A stretch of DNA of 64,000 bases from a virus. The DNA is taken from positions 66,255 to 130,254 of the IMG/VR virus record IMGVR_UViG_3300035698_024657; one strand, written 5' to 3'. The notes below the pieces were generated by a model. It saw nothing but the letters and a program-made list of their open reading frames with translations, ran no database searches and had not been told where the DNA came from. The translations under genes were made by a program, and so were the position numbers. Of this stretch, positions 8,758 through 19,034 are shown piece after piece (position 1 is the first letter of the stretch; each line of letters begins with the position of its first letter).

Positions 8758-9200
8758 TACTCTGGGTGATCTTTCATCGGACCCCATCTCTTATCATCCT
8801 CTATACTTGCTTCAACTGTCACATTCGATACTCCAATCATAAGGGTATCATCAGTAAGCGTTTGCCATGCATTGGCATAGTTTGCAGGAACATACAATGC
8901 TTTAGGAATATTTCCAGACAACGTAAACTTCTCAGGCTTCCAGGTACTGCCTGGCTGAGTTAGCATCATACCCTCAGGAAGTAAAACAAACTTAATTCCC
9001 CCCTTCAAACAGATAAATATTTTTGCTTCATACTTATGGTGATGGAATCCTCGCACAGTACCTGTTTGAAAGTTATCACATACATAAACTCGCTTACCCC
9101 AAAAATCGAAATCAGGTAATTGGAGAGGAATATTCGTAAAATGTCCTCTATCATCTACGAACAGTTCTCGGTCAAACAATTGTGCTTTCATCTTATCCAT
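8736..9200 (-). CDS. Cupin sugar epimerase/isomerase (RmlC/FdtA/WxcM-like)
   Basis: DDRGHF, KRVY, VRGFHHH, ALYVPANYANAWQTL; start moved to ATG 9200 (AAGGA RBS). Confidence 0.85.
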   Translation of the reverse strand: MDKMKAQLFDRELFVDDRGHFTNIPLQLPDFDFWGKRVYVCDNFQTGTVRGFHHHKYEAKIFICLKGGIKFVLLPEGMMLTQPGSTWKPEKFTLSGNIPKALYVPANYANAWQTLTDDTLMIGVSNVTVEASIEDDKRWGPMKDHPEYWEVESR

Positions 9201-10134
9201 GATTTTCCTTAAACTGGAGAGTTGATATATTAGAATACTTGATGTGTGAAAAGTCTTTAATGCGTCCTTCACGATAAATGCGAGCAATATCTTTTACAGT
9301 GTCACATATAGAGAATTTTGGCTTAAACTTTAACTGTTGCTTTGCCTTTTCTCCCGATGCTTTATAATTTCGCCGATCTTCAAACTCTATTTCAGTAACG
9401 TCAATTTTAACCGTAGGAATCACTTCTTGAACAATATTAGCGAGATCAATAATCTTGTAGTTACGTTCAAGCAGATTAAAAGTACCTGGACACATCGCAA
9501 AACTTTGCTGCACCAAAACTTCTGCCAAATCTCTTACATGAAGCATAGGCCGATACTGTTCGCCGCCAAATACTGATATCCTACCTTCAATAAGGGCACG
9601 GATCGCCAAAATATTAACCACTAAATCGTTACGTAGTCTCCCCGTTACTCCATGAACGGTACCTAACCTGGAAATGAAGACTTGTGGTTTACCTTTCAAA
9701 ATCTCTTCGGCACGTATTTTAGTCTCGGCGTAGAGGGACAATGGGTTAAGAGGAGATTCTTCAGTTACGAGATCATTATTTGCACCGTATACTGAACACG
9801 ATGACGGAAAAATGAGTCTACCTTCAAAATGGTCACGTAAGATCTTAACTGATGTAATATTCGCCACCTCGGTCTCATGCGGACGGGCAGCGCAAGCAGC
9901 ATCGCCAACAATTCCTGCTAAATGTATCACTACATCTGGTTGAAACTTCTTCAAAAGGGGTACCATAAACTTTGAATCGCCTACGTTACCTGCCTGAAAG
10001 GGGATATTTCGGAGATAATTATCCTCGTACAGAAGATTGTCCACTACTAAGACGTCGTGCGTCCCTAAAGTGTTTAATATATCGACGACAGCGTGCCCTA
10101 CAAGGCCAGCCCCCCCTGAAATGAGGATGCGCAT
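9193..10134 (-). CDS. NAD-dependent sugar epimerase/dehydratase
   Basis: ISGGAGLVG, HLAGIVGD, SSCSVYG, YAETK, RLGTVHG. Confidence 0.92.
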   Translation of the reverse strand: MRILISGGAGLVGHAVVDILNTLGTHDVLVVDNLLYEDNYLRNIPFQAGNVGDSKFMVPLLKKFQPDVVIHLAGIVGDAACAARPHETEVANITSVKILRDHFEGRLIFPSSCSVYGANNDLVTEESPLNPLSLYAETKIRAEEILKGKPQVFISRLGTVHGVTGRLRNDLVVNILAIRALIEGRISVFGGEQYRPMLHVRDLAEVLVQQSFAMCPGTFNLLERNYKIIDLANIVQEVIPTVKIDVTEIEFEDRRNYKASGEKAKQQLKFKPKFSICDTVKDIARIYREGRIKDFSHIKYSNISTLQFKENHG

Positions 10135-10712
10135 TATTTGCCCCCTTTACGATGTTTTGCAGATTCAGACATTTTTCGTCGGGTTTTGGCAGACATTTTC
10201 TTACCTTTCCAATAAGCTAATTTAGGATTACCTTTCATTGTCCTTTTAATCTTCTCTACCGTCGCTGAAGAAGGTTTTCGCCCTTTCAACGTGGCACTAA
10301 TCTGGGCACGTTGAACCAAGGACATAAGTTTACCATAATTAGGATTTTTCTTCCCTTTAAATTTCCCCTTTAAACTATTACTAATTTTTCGACGAGTCTC
10401 TTCAGAAGGTAATGGACTTGCACCTCCCGAAGATAAATTACAAAGGGGACCTTTTCCCTGATCTCGTCTACCTACAACGCCTATGAATAATTCCTCGTAA
10501 ACAAGTGCATCAATTTCACTAACATTTTTAAGAGGAAAGTCAATTTTTACATTTTCGATACCAATTTTTCTAATTTTATTCTGCAAAAATGGATTACTTC
10601 TACCCCTGCCTAAATGGTCCCAGATTTTATACCTATGCCCGTGACCTTTGCCCACATAGAAAGGTACCCCAGTACAATCCGTGTATACGTATACATAAAA
10701 ATCGGTTGTCAT
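10134..10712 (-). CDS. Free-standing GIY-YIG family homing endonuclease with NUMOD3 repeats
   Basis: FYVYVY...PFYVGKG...R, GPLCNLSSGG, then SEETRRKIS / KNPNYGK / SAKTRRKMSES repeats. Confidence 0.85.
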   Translation of the reverse strand: MTTDFYVYVYTDCTGVPFYVGKGHGHRYKIWDHLGRGRSNPFLQNKIRKIGIENVKIDFPLKNVSEIDALVYEELFIGVVGRRDQGKGPLCNLSSGGASPLPSEETRRKISNSLKGKFKGKKNPNYGKLMSLVQRAQISATLKGRKPSSATVEKIKRTMKGNPKLAYWKGKKMSAKTRRKMSESAKHRKGGK

Positions 10713-10722
10713 ATATTTATTC

Positions 10723-11667
10723 CTATTTAGGTAAAAGCCCTTCCGCTATTAATAGATTTTTTACTTCTTCACGCGATGCAAATGGTCCATCAGCAGAATC
10801 ATAGCCATCTACCATTTCTTCGCCCAACTTCTCACTTTCGAACGCCCCAATTATTTCGACAGTTCCTCCAGTATGTTCCGCAAAAATGTTCGCGATGTCT
10901 ATAATCCGGATAGATGGTAATTCGGGAATACTAAATATTCCCCTATCTACTGAGTGGACTGGGGGTGATGCTATTACAAAATTACCGAATATTGGAACTA
11001 CGCTACGATACTCCAAACTATCAGTAACGGTACGCATAATCAAACCAATAGCCTGAGGGAATGTGGTAAAGAATCTCGTCATCCTTTCGTCGGTCACCGG
11101 AAAAACGGGATTTTTTTCGTTCAATTTATCTCGATACAATGGAATCAGCGACCCCGCAGAATTGAGAATATTACCGTAGCGTACACCAACAAATTTCGTC
11201 TTACTTGCTTTATGTGCCGCATTCGCCCATATCTGTTCGGCGATATTTTTCGTCATTCCATAAAGAGTTCGTGGAGCAACGGCCTTATCAGTCGACACAA
11301 AACATGCAGAAGCAACGTCGTTTGCTAAACATGCACGAGTTATGTTCTTAGTTCCGATAATATTCGTCTGTACTGTCTGCATAGGATTATGTTCACAGAT
11401 CTTAACATGTTTTTGCGCAGCGGTGTGTACGACTACATGCGGCTTATAATGTGCAATCGCATCCATCACACTTTGTAAATCACGTACATCGCCCAATACA
11501 AACTTTACGTTATCCTCTCCAGCATACTTCAATGCCATTTTATACTGTTTCTGTTCGTCACGAGAAAACACTATAAACTGATGAAGAGATCCGGTCGTCT
11601 TATGTAAGAAGTCAATCAAATACGAACCAAGACTACCTGTTCCACCTGTTACGAAAATGCGTGCCAT
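10723..11667 (-). CDS. UDP-GlcNAc 4,6-dehydratase-like (PseB/CapE/FlaA1, Polysacc_synt_2)
   Basis: VTGGTGSLG, FSRDEQKQ, GDVRD, HTAAQKHV, STDKAV, YGMTK, VRYGNI, TDERMTRF. Confidence 0.92.
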   Translation of the reverse strand: MARIFVTGGTGSLGSYLIDFLHKTTGSLHQFIVFSRDEQKQYKMALKYAGEDNVKFVLGDVRDLQSVMDAIAHYKPHVVVHTAAQKHVKICEHNPMQTVQTNIIGTKNITRACLANDVASACFVSTDKAVAPRTLYGMTKNIAEQIWANAAHKASKTKFVGVRYGNILNSAGSLIPLYRDKLNEKNPVFPVTDERMTRFFTTFPQAIGLIMRTVTDSLEYRSVVPIFGNFVIASPPVHSVDRGIFSIPELPSIRIIDIANIFAEHTGGTVEIIGAFESEKLGEEMVDGYDSADGPFASREEVKNLLIAEGLLPK

Positions 11668-12504
11668 CTATTTATTTCCTCCGCATGGACGACCCTTACC
11701 TATTTTTCCTGCTTTTATCATAGCGTCCTGAAGCCGCACATGATTTGCGCTACCTGTAACATTATCTCCATTAACACTGAAACTATTCTTTGAACAAAAC
11801 CAACCATACCAATTCAATAGCCTTCCGCCTCTATACCCTGCAAAGAGTATCCTATCTCCAAACAATCCTTCAGGATTCTCAGGAGATTTAATACTTCCAT
11901 GCTTAATATCTTTACCTGTAGGAAAACCTACATTTTTAGCTACGTCAGTCTTAGATATCATACCCCCCATAGACACAAGTATGCCGTAAGCGTAACAATG
12001 TTCCCCATCGTTCACGACACCTCCGCCATATTTAGGATGTACCCAACCTGGCCAGGATTCACTAAATTCGGGCCGTTGTAAATTACCTGTCAACCCGTAT
12101 AGATTGCCTTTCTTTCGTAAAAGTTTGATTGACTCAACAAACCATTCATGTGGATCACAAAGTGTTTCCCAGTCATCTTCCAAATTGATAAAGTAAGCTG
12201 TATCAGTTGCATCTAAAAGTGCTTGTGCAGTATCCCCCCAATATGTCCAGGGTTCAATCATTAACTTATGTACATTGGGAACAGTTTTCAAGTACTCAAT
12301 ACACTCAGCCGACTTCAACAAGGGTGTGTTGTAATATTGTAAGGACTCCTCTGTAGGCACTGACTCAAAAATAATAAACTGCCAATTCGGATAAGTATTG
12401 TGTTCTACAAATGATTCAATATCCCGTTTAACTAAATCATGGCGACCTGTACTTGTAAGCCATATAGATATCTTAGGATAATCAAAGTCTTCAATCAGAT
12501 CCAT
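11668..12504 (-). CDS. GT-A fold glycosyltransferase-like, paralog 3
   Basis: YPKISIWLTSTGR, INLEDDW; start moved to ATG 12504 (AAGGAG RBS). Confidence 0.75.
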   Translation of the reverse strand: MDLIEDFDYPKISIWLTSTGRHDLVKRDIESFVEHNTYPNWQFIIFESVPTEESLQYYNTPLLKSAECIEYLKTVPNVHKLMIEPWTYWGDTAQALLDATDTAYFINLEDDWETLCDPHEWFVESIKLLRKKGNLYGLTGNLQRPEFSESWPGWVHPKYGGGVVNDGEHCYAYGILVSMGGMISKTDVAKNVGFPTGKDIKHGSIKSPENPEGLFGDRILFAGYRGGRLLNWYGWFCSKNSFSVNGDNVTGSANHVRLQDAMIKAGKIGKGRPCGGNK

Positions 12505-13291
12505 CTGGTTCTCCTTTATCACGTAAACCAAAATATCCTGCGTCTAACGCATCCATGTAAATCTTCTTACTCCATGCCCGATCACGCCCAGTAACTTCAG
12601 TGTGCCCTATATGGGCAAAGGATCCAAAATATTTCAACATCACCCCCATATACATATCATGGTTTACCATCGCCTCATTTTGATGGCACTCAATCCGCCA
12701 GAAATCTTTCAACGGATGGTCCCTGGGATATCCGCCAATCCGTTGCATCTTATCTACATCTACAAATGTAGCACCCCCTGCAGTAGGCCAGTAGAGGTAA
12801 TCAGATATTGGGTGCCGCTTGACACCCACAAATCTTTTGTCGGTTTCATCGACTGTAGGATTAGATAAATCATTTCGAAAACCTAAAAGGTTAGGGTCGT
12901 CTTTGAGTAATTCAATACCATCAAGCCACTGGTCTTTCGGATCACATACACATAAGCAGTCATCTTCAAGACATATGGCATATTCCGCATTAGTCACTGT
13001 CAAGAATTTAGATAGAACCGTTCCAAATGGTGGCCACGGTTCTGCCCATATGCGCATATCAGTGCTCTCAGGGACTACCTCTCTAACTTCTTTAAGATAT
13101 TCTAAGCACCTATCTGTCTGCATAAGAGGAGTATTGAAATACTGAAGGCTCTCTTCTGTCGGAATAGATTCAAAGATAAGCCATTCGATATTAGGATAGG
13201 TATTATGCTCAAGAAAACTATTTATAGTAGTTCTCAAGAATTCAAACCTACCTGTACTTGTAATCCATACCGAGACTTTAGGGTAATCCAT
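12491..13291 (-). CDS. GT-A fold glycosyltransferase-like, paralog 2
   Basis: YPKVSVWITSTGR, ICLEDDC, RIGGYP, FAHIG. Confidence 0.78.
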   Translation of the reverse strand: MDYPKVSVWITSTGRFEFLRTTINSFLEHNTYPNIEWLIFESIPTEESLQYFNTPLMQTDRCLEYLKEVREVVPESTDMRIWAEPWPPFGTVLSKFLTVTNAEYAICLEDDCLCVCDPKDQWLDGIELLKDDPNLLGFRNDLSNPTVDETDKRFVGVKRHPISDYLYWPTAGGATFVDVDKMQRIGGYPRDHPLKDFWRIECHQNEAMVNHDMYMGVMLKYFGSFAHIGHTEVTGRDRAWSKKIYMDALDAGYFGLRDKGEPDGSD

Positions 13292-14183
13292 TTTCTTCCC
13301 TCTTACTTAGAAAATACTCACGTGATTTTTTCGGCTGTTTATTCAATCCATCACCGCACCAACCCTTTTCTGCCGCTTCTGCATACTGCTCCACAGTCCA
13401 TCCGCGATCCCCTCCCTGTACACCATGATGTCCGATATGCGCAAGGCAACCATAGTAAGAGAGATTGATTCCCGTATACATTCCAGCTTCACGCATCTTA
13501 CGCGACTGATCATGTTCAGTTTGTATATACTGATCAGGTGAATGATCTTTAATAAATCCGCCGATATCACTTACTTTATACGCGTCCATCAATTGCGCAC
13601 CACCAGAGCACCATTGTCGCCATATAACGTATCTCGTGTCTTCAATACTAAATGCCTCAGGAAATCTTGGGCACCCTTCGAATACCGTCTCATCGCGCAA
13701 ATCCATACGTACCCCAAGTAATCTCGGATCAGCATGAAGTAATTTAATGTTATCGACTAATTGTGCACCTGGATCGGTAACAGTGCGTAAATCATCTTCA
13801 ATATTGATATAGTATCCTTCAGTATTTTCTAAGAGTTTCGTATACGTCAAACCCAGGCGTTCAAAAGGTTGTATGTATATCGTAAAAGTAACATCAGGAA
13901 ATTTCTCTTCTAAAGAATTCAAATACTCTTCAGTGGCAGCCTCATCAATGTATTCTAATGCAAAGAATTTCTTTGAAACATCAGTCATTTGTGAATGTAC
14001 AATAACAAATTCGTAATTCAAATATGTGCAATGCTCGATCCACGATTCAATTGTAGTTATCAATACATCAAGTCTACCTGTAGAAGTTACCCATACACTT
14101 ATTTTAGGGAACTCCGCAGCGTTAGCATAATGTGACTCATAGTCAAAAGATGGATCACTAATTTTTGGCGTAGATCCTGGCAT
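13278..14183 (-). CDS. GT-A fold glycosyltransferase-like, paralog 1
   Basis: FPKISVWVTSTGR, INIEDDL, DIGGF, LAHIG. Confidence 0.78.
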   Translation of the reverse strand: MPGSTPKISDPSFDYESHYANAAEFPKISVWVTSTGRLDVLITTIESWIEHCTYLNYEFVIVHSQMTDVSKKFFALEYIDEAATEEYLNSLEEKFPDVTFTIYIQPFERLGLTYTKLLENTEGYYINIEDDLRTVTDPGAQLVDNIKLLHADPRLLGVRMDLRDETVFEGCPRFPEAFSIEDTRYVIWRQWCSGGAQLMDAYKVSDIGGFIKDHSPDQYIQTEHDQSRKMREAGMYTGINLSYYGCLAHIGHHGVQGGDRGWTVEQYAEAAEKGWCGDGLNKQPKKSREYFLSKREENGLP

Positions 14184-15090
14184 AGTCTACCAACTCCTTG
14201 TATGCTTTAGGCATATGTAACTTAAGATACGTATGAAAAAACGGACTAATCTTAGCCTTAGTAGGATAAACAAATTCCTTCCCTACAGTCATATTTTCAA
14301 ACATCACATCTGGGACATGCCAACATAGTGGCGCATCCATATCCACGTCATTAAAGTCTGCAATTTTATACCCCAATTGTTGTATTCTATGGGCAAACAT
14401 AAGTTCCCCTACATAAACTGCCCAGTCACGATAACATTTTCCCTGATTAAACCAATCTTTGCCCCAATACTGATCGAACAACTGATAGACATGTCCTCGA
14501 ATAAAAGAGAAAAATCCCGCATTATAATACACGGAGGGCGAAGCCAATACATTACCTATGATGTCAGTATATTTAATATGACCGGGACATTGAAACGGTT
14601 TTACGGTCATCCATGCACCAACTAAACCAATCTCATCGTCCTCACACATCTTATCAATACCATCTTTATACCAACCATCCTTTATAGGAGTACAATCTGC
14701 GTCACATGTGAAATAATACCGAAAGTTAGGGTACGCGTGATATAGGGCCTGCCTATCTGCAAACGGTCCAGGATACTTAACTTCTGGCGCATCCAAAACT
14801 TTAATAGTCGTGCCAAATTTTGTTGTCGTCCCATCAATTTCTTGATAATATTCTTTAGTCAGCGCACAATCCGTATCGGCGTTAATGATCACAAAATACT
14901 CAAGGAATGTACCCGGATCAAATTCCACAAAACCTTCAATCGATGTCTTAATGAAGTATAATTTTTCAAGGGGATCTAAAATTTGTCCCCCAGCGGAATC
15001 TTTATTGAACGGGGTATCCGCCATATTATATATAATTATCGAAGCAATCGCATAATTTTTCGGCAAATGGTTATACTGGGAATGTATCAT
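14158..15090 (-). CDS. Putative GT-A glycosyltransferase
   Basis: YYFTCDADC (DxD), IGLVGA, GFFSFIR; lies within the GT cluster. Confidence 0.6.
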   Translation of the reverse strand: MIHSQYNHLPKNYAIASIIIYNMADTPFNKDSAGGQILDPLEKLYFIKTSIEGFVEFDPGTFLEYFVIINADTDCALTKEYYQEIDGTTTKFGTTIKVLDAPEVKYPGPFADRQALYHAYPNFRYYFTCDADCTPIKDGWYKDGIDKMCEDDEIGLVGAWMTVKPFQCPGHIKYTDIIGNVLASPSVYYNAGFFSFIRGHVYQLFDQYWGKDWFNQGKCYRDWAVYVGELMFAHRIQQLGYKIADFNDVDMDAPLCWHVPDVMFENMTVGKEFVYPTKAKISPFFHTYLKLHMPKAYKELVDYARIYAKN

Positions 15091-15680
15091 CGACTATATA
15101 CCCACCCAATTTGATACCCTTTAAAAAGTGGTACTACACCAACGTTTTCAAAAAATTGCTGAATATACGTGCCCTTACCTATTTCATCATTCACATGATC
15201 ATCTACTACAATGAGTGCACCCTTTTGCATGTGGCGTTCTATAGCAAGAAATTCTTTCACATGATGAAAGGCAGACGCATGAGGATTATCAGCATCAAGA
15301 TCAAATGAATCTAAATACAATAAATCAATTGGATGAGACGGCACAAATTTCCATAAATATTCAACGGAATCTGAGACAATTACTTCCACTTGATCATTTT
15401 TACATAGCTGTCGCGAAATATCACAATTTTCCTTTGATATATCAATAGATAGTACATTACCTCCATGCATTTTGACAAACTCACTGAATAATACTGTACT
15501 ATAACCATCTCGCATACGTTTACGCATTTCCGTATCAGTATTCCGTACAGTACCTGTTTCAACGATATAATAACTACTCTGTTCTTTATCTACTAAATAT
15601 TGGAACATTATTCGAAACGTTTCTTCTCTAATAGTCAAATTATTTGCGTATATACCGTTAAATTTAGACATAAAATTCAT
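15087..15680 (-). CDS. Class I SAM-dependent methyltransferase (Methyltransf_24-like)
   Basis: IVETGT.R, SIDIS, SDSV, DLLYLDSFD, IVVDD, GKG. Confidence 0.82.
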   Translation of the reverse strand: MNFMSKFNGIYANNLTIREETFRIMFQYLVDKEQSSYYIVETGTVRNTDTEMRKRMRDGYSTVLFSEFVKMHGGNVLSIDISKENCDISRQLCKNDQVEVIVSDSVEYLWKFVPSHPIDLLYLDSFDLDADNPHASAFHHVKEFLAIERHMQKGALIVVDDHVNDEIGKGTYIQQFFENVGVVPLFKGYQIGWVYSR

Positions 15681-15686
15681 ATTTAT

Positions 15687-16490
15687 CTAATCCTTTAACT
15701 CCATCTTGCAAATGGCTTCCCAAGATTCCTTTAAATTTCGTCTTACCCAATCTCCATCATGCCGCTTTCTGGCCTTTGCAGCAGGTTTCTCCGCCCCTAC
15801 ATGCCCGAAATGGTATATACAACTATCCGCAACTACTCTGAATTCTATAGGAAGATTTTCTTTTTTTGCGGTTTTATATAAATCACATAAAAAGACCCCG
15901 TCTTCCCCAAATTCAATGGTTTCATCCAGGCCGCCCATTTTCTCAAATAATTCTCGTTTAATAAAATATCCCCCAGTAGGATAATACGCCGAATCTTCTA
16001 TTACGTCCCGATGCTCTCGCCAGGTGGCATTAAAGTCGTCTTCTCTGAATGTTTCAGGAGAATCTCCATAATCCCACTCATTATGTGCGCCTCCCTTAGT
16101 TTCAACATGTGCCGTAGGATAACTATATACTGTTGAACATAAATGTTGAAATAGCATATCAGCCTTAACCTTAGCGATAAGTGCCTCATCCCAACCAGGC
16201 GCAGGATAAATATCATCATCCATAAAATGGAAAAATTTTCCTTTTGCTTGTGCAAATAATATATTTGAACGAGAAGAAATAGATAAATTTTGCGCAGAGT
16301 GTGTATATACAGATACAATTGCGTCATGCTTTGCTGCAACATTATCTAATTCAGGAGTTGCCATATTTCCGTGTACTAAGACTTCAAAAGGATTCACAGT
16401 ATTTTTAGTTAATCCTTTTAGCATTAGATCTAAATACGTAGGATTATCTAAAGATACGCATACAATTGAAATTACTGGATCATTATTCAT
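15687..16490 (-). CDS. Glycosyltransferase family 2-like
   Basis: ISIVCVS, FMDDDIY, MGGLDE, GEDG, CIYHF. Confidence 0.85.
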   Translation of the reverse strand: MNNDPVISIVCVSLDNPTYLDLMLKGLTKNTVNPFEVLVHGNMATPELDNVAAKHDAIVSVYTHSAQNLSISSRSNILFAQAKGKFFHFMDDDIYPAPGWDEALIAKVKADMLFQHLCSTVYSYPTAHVETKGGAHNEWDYGDSPETFREDDFNATWREHRDVIEDSAYYPTGGYFIKRELFEKMGGLDETIEFGEDGVFLCDLYKTAKKENLPIEFRVVADSCIYHFGHVGAEKPAAKARKRHDGDWVRRNLKESWEAICKMELKD

Positions 16491-16502
16491 AATACTGTTC
16501 CC

Positions 16503-17243
16503 TTATTTTGAAGGTAATTGGTCCCCTACATGAAGTATTCCGTTATACAATGTACCCCAAGGCATCTTCCACTTACGCATAAATGTGCCTTTTGCGTTTT
16601 CTCTATGCTGTGCCTCATTAGGAATCTTATCAGTGGTGATACATTGAAAATGGTATACACAACAATCGGCTACTGCGCGAAATTCGTAAGGCTTGCCCGC
16701 TTGTTGTGCCGCAAAATAAATCTTCGCAGCAAAATCAGGATCAGTACCAAAACATGGGAAGTATGCTTCATCATACCCACCTACCTCATCCCACAATGCT
16801 TTCGTTACAAAAATAGGACAATACGGCGATATGACATCTTCAGTGTTACGCTCCGCCAACCACCTCTTCATGAGGGCATCCTCATCAAAGTCTTTAGGAG
16901 TTTTACCAAAATCCCAAGGTGAGTTCATACAAGCATTGTTATACTGTGGCTCAATCATCAAAGAAGTCAAATACTGATAAGGAATATCGGGATTAATTTT
17001 TGCAACAAGTGCAGTATCCCAGCCAGGACCTACCCACATGTCATCATTCAAATAGCAAATATAATCCCCAGTTGCTTGTCTGCCCAATAAATTGAGCGCT
17101 TTAGGTAACCCAAGATTATTCTCTGCCGTATTTTGATGAATGAGTACCTCATGGTCAATAACAGTATTCTTCTTAATAGAATCTACAAGAAATTTCGTAT
17201 ATTCTAAATTGTCTAATGTGGGGATTAAAATTGATATTTTCAT
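16503..17243 (-). CDS. Glycosyltransferase family 2
   Basis: ISILIPT, YLNDDMW, VGGYDE, TDPDF, CVYHF; paralogous to 15687..16490. Confidence 0.88.
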   Translation of the reverse strand: MKISILIPTLDNLEYTKFLVDSIKKNTVIDHEVLIHQNTAENNLGLPKALNLLGRQATGDYICYLNDDMWVGPGWDTALVAKINPDIPYQYLTSLMIEPQYNNACMNSPWDFGKTPKDFDEDALMKRWLAERNTEDVISPYCPIFVTKALWDEVGGYDEAYFPCFGTDPDFAAKIYFAAQQAGKPYEFRAVADCCVYHFQCITTDKIPNEAQHRENAKGTFMRKWKMPWGTLYNGILHVGDQLPSK

Positions 17244-18115
17244 AATTCACGCAACTGTGTATCAAAATCTGCAATTTGTAACTTTGCTAATTGGTCCGGC
17301 CAATTAGTAACTAACGTTTTATCTGCCCGAACACTATCATCACGGCGTATTTCGATATCCAAACCTTTCTCCGTCATATAGTCTACCAAGATATCATATT
17401 TACTTAACTGCGGCGTAGCAATATGCAATAAATTTGGAGTAATTTCAATTTGCTTATCTAAAATACGCCAACACATCTTGCCGAATTCTACACCAGTTAT
17501 CGGAGATATATACCACTCAGTATACCCTCCAACGCATTCCTGTTGCTTGAACCACGTAAACATTTGAAATGCAGCAGGACTGAGCTCCTCGCCAAGTAAG
17601 CAGCATCTAAATACTTGTGAACGTTGTTTAACTACTTCGTCAGCAAACACTTTAGCATACCCATATAATCCGTAAGATGGTGAAGGCTGGGCACTTTCAT
17701 GATAAGGGCCGTCTTTACCATCAAATACACAATCGGTACTGGGATGAATTAACTTCGGCCCATATATCATGGACAAGGCAATAGGTAATTCAGTATTAAT
17801 CATGAAATATTCACGAGTTGTAGGAGTCGCCCCCGGCTCAAATTTATTCAATACCCCAATACAATTAATGACCATATCAACATCGCCAATTTGCTCTGTT
17901 AAATCTTGCACGCGATGTATCTGAGGTATAGTAGGATGTACTGCATCAAAAAGAATTCGAGTATGATCTAACACTCCCCCATATACGGCATCGAGCTGAT
18001 TGAATTTCTCCTCAGATCGCGCAGTCAAGACTAAATCACACTTATCTTTCAATACTTTATAGACGGAACTGCCTAACATACCAGTAGCGCCTATAATTGC
18101 AACGCGTTTCCTCAT
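17240..18115 (-). CDS. RmlD-like NDP-4-keto-6-deoxyhexose reductase
   Basis: IIGATGMLG, INCIG, HPSTDCVFDG, YGYAK. Confidence 0.88.
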   Translation of the reverse strand: MRKRVAIIGATGMLGSSVYKVLKDKCDLVLTARSEEKFNQLDAVYGGVLDHTRILFDAVHPTIPQIHRVQDLTEQIGDVDMVINCIGVLNKFEPGATPTTREYFMINTELPIALSMIYGPKLIHPSTDCVFDGKDGPYHESAQPSPSYGLYGYAKVFADEVVKQRSQVFRCCLLGEELSPAAFQMFTWFKQQECVGGYTEWYISPITGVEFGKMCWRILDKQIEITPNLLHIATPQLSKYDILVDYMTEKGLDIEIRRDDSVRADKTLVTNWPDQLAKLQIADFDTQLREL

Positions 18116-19030
18116 TTAAAATTCCTCTACTTTCAAAACAAGTTCACGTAACCTGTCAGAAAACTTATGTTTTTCTAAAACAATCTTCTGGCCATATTCT
18201 GCCATAAGTTTGCGGCGTCCTTCATTTGCCAAATAATATTTTACTTTTTCAACGCATTCTCCAGGCGTCTTATATGTATCGCACATCTTACCAATTTCAA
18301 ACCAATCTTCAATCCCCGCAACATGATTAGTCAATAGAAAACCACCCGCACCCATAATTCGGTAATCTCGAGCACTCATGGACAGCGCTACTCGCGGCCA
18401 ACCCGAATGCCCAATATTTACTTTAGTACATTGGCACATCTTATTATGGTCACGGTTAAAAATGTTTGTCCAGTGTTCAAATTCCGCCGACTCCTTCGTA
18501 GCAAAATCTTTGAGAGCAGTAAGTGCATCGTGTCTGCCGTCATGCACGGTAAGGTCGGATCCCGCGAAAGCCACATCAGCATCATACGCAAAATGATCTT
18601 TAGACGCTAAAGATTCTATACAATGCCAAATAGGTGAAATCCCTTCAGACAACCAATGAATATTGTCTATTCCTGCTTTCCGATATTTCTCAACGTTACC
18701 CTTACCTATCGTAAATTTTAGGTGGCAATGTTGAAACATTGGGCCATTGGAATTCAAGAAGATATTGATATCATAGCGAACATCGAAATTCCACATCACT
18801 GTTAAAACTTTTTTCGAAAGTTCCGCAATAATATCATTATACCTGATATCTTTAGCTAAAAGTACGAAATCTGGTTTATGCGTATCTACCATTTCTAAAA
18901 TGCCTACCGCACCCGGAGCAACTCGGGGATCATTCACCGCAACAACAGTATGTCCTAATTCTTCAAGCCCTCCCTTCACATAATGCCCCGATTGCATATC
19001 CAACATCGGAAAACCTATCACAATCTTCAT
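18116..19030 (-). CDS. CgeB-type glycosyltransferase (Glyco_trans_1_2)
   Basis: DVAFAGS, SARDYRIMGAGGFLLT, EKVKYYL...R..MAEYG. Confidence 0.85.
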   Translation of the reverse strand: MKIVIGFPMLDMQSGHYVKGGLEELGHTVVAVNDPRVAPGAVGILEMVDTHKPDFVLLAKDIRYNDIIAELSKKVLTVMWNFDVRYDINIFLNSNGPMFQHCHLKFTIGKGNVEKYRKAGIDNIHWLSEGISPIWHCIESLASKDHFAYDADVAFAGSDLTVHDGRHDALTALKDFATKESAEFEHWTNIFNRDHNKMCQCTKVNIGHSGWPRVALSMSARDYRIMGAGGFLLTNHVAGIEDWFEIGKMCDTYKTPGECVEKVKYYLANEGRRKLMAEYGQKIVLEKHKFSDRLRELVLKVEEF

Positions 19031-19034
19031 TTAA

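Noticed and set aside
10134-10722. Group I intron around the GIY-YIG gene
   Set aside because: Both flanking genes have their own starts and stops, and there is no non-coding space for a ribozyme core.
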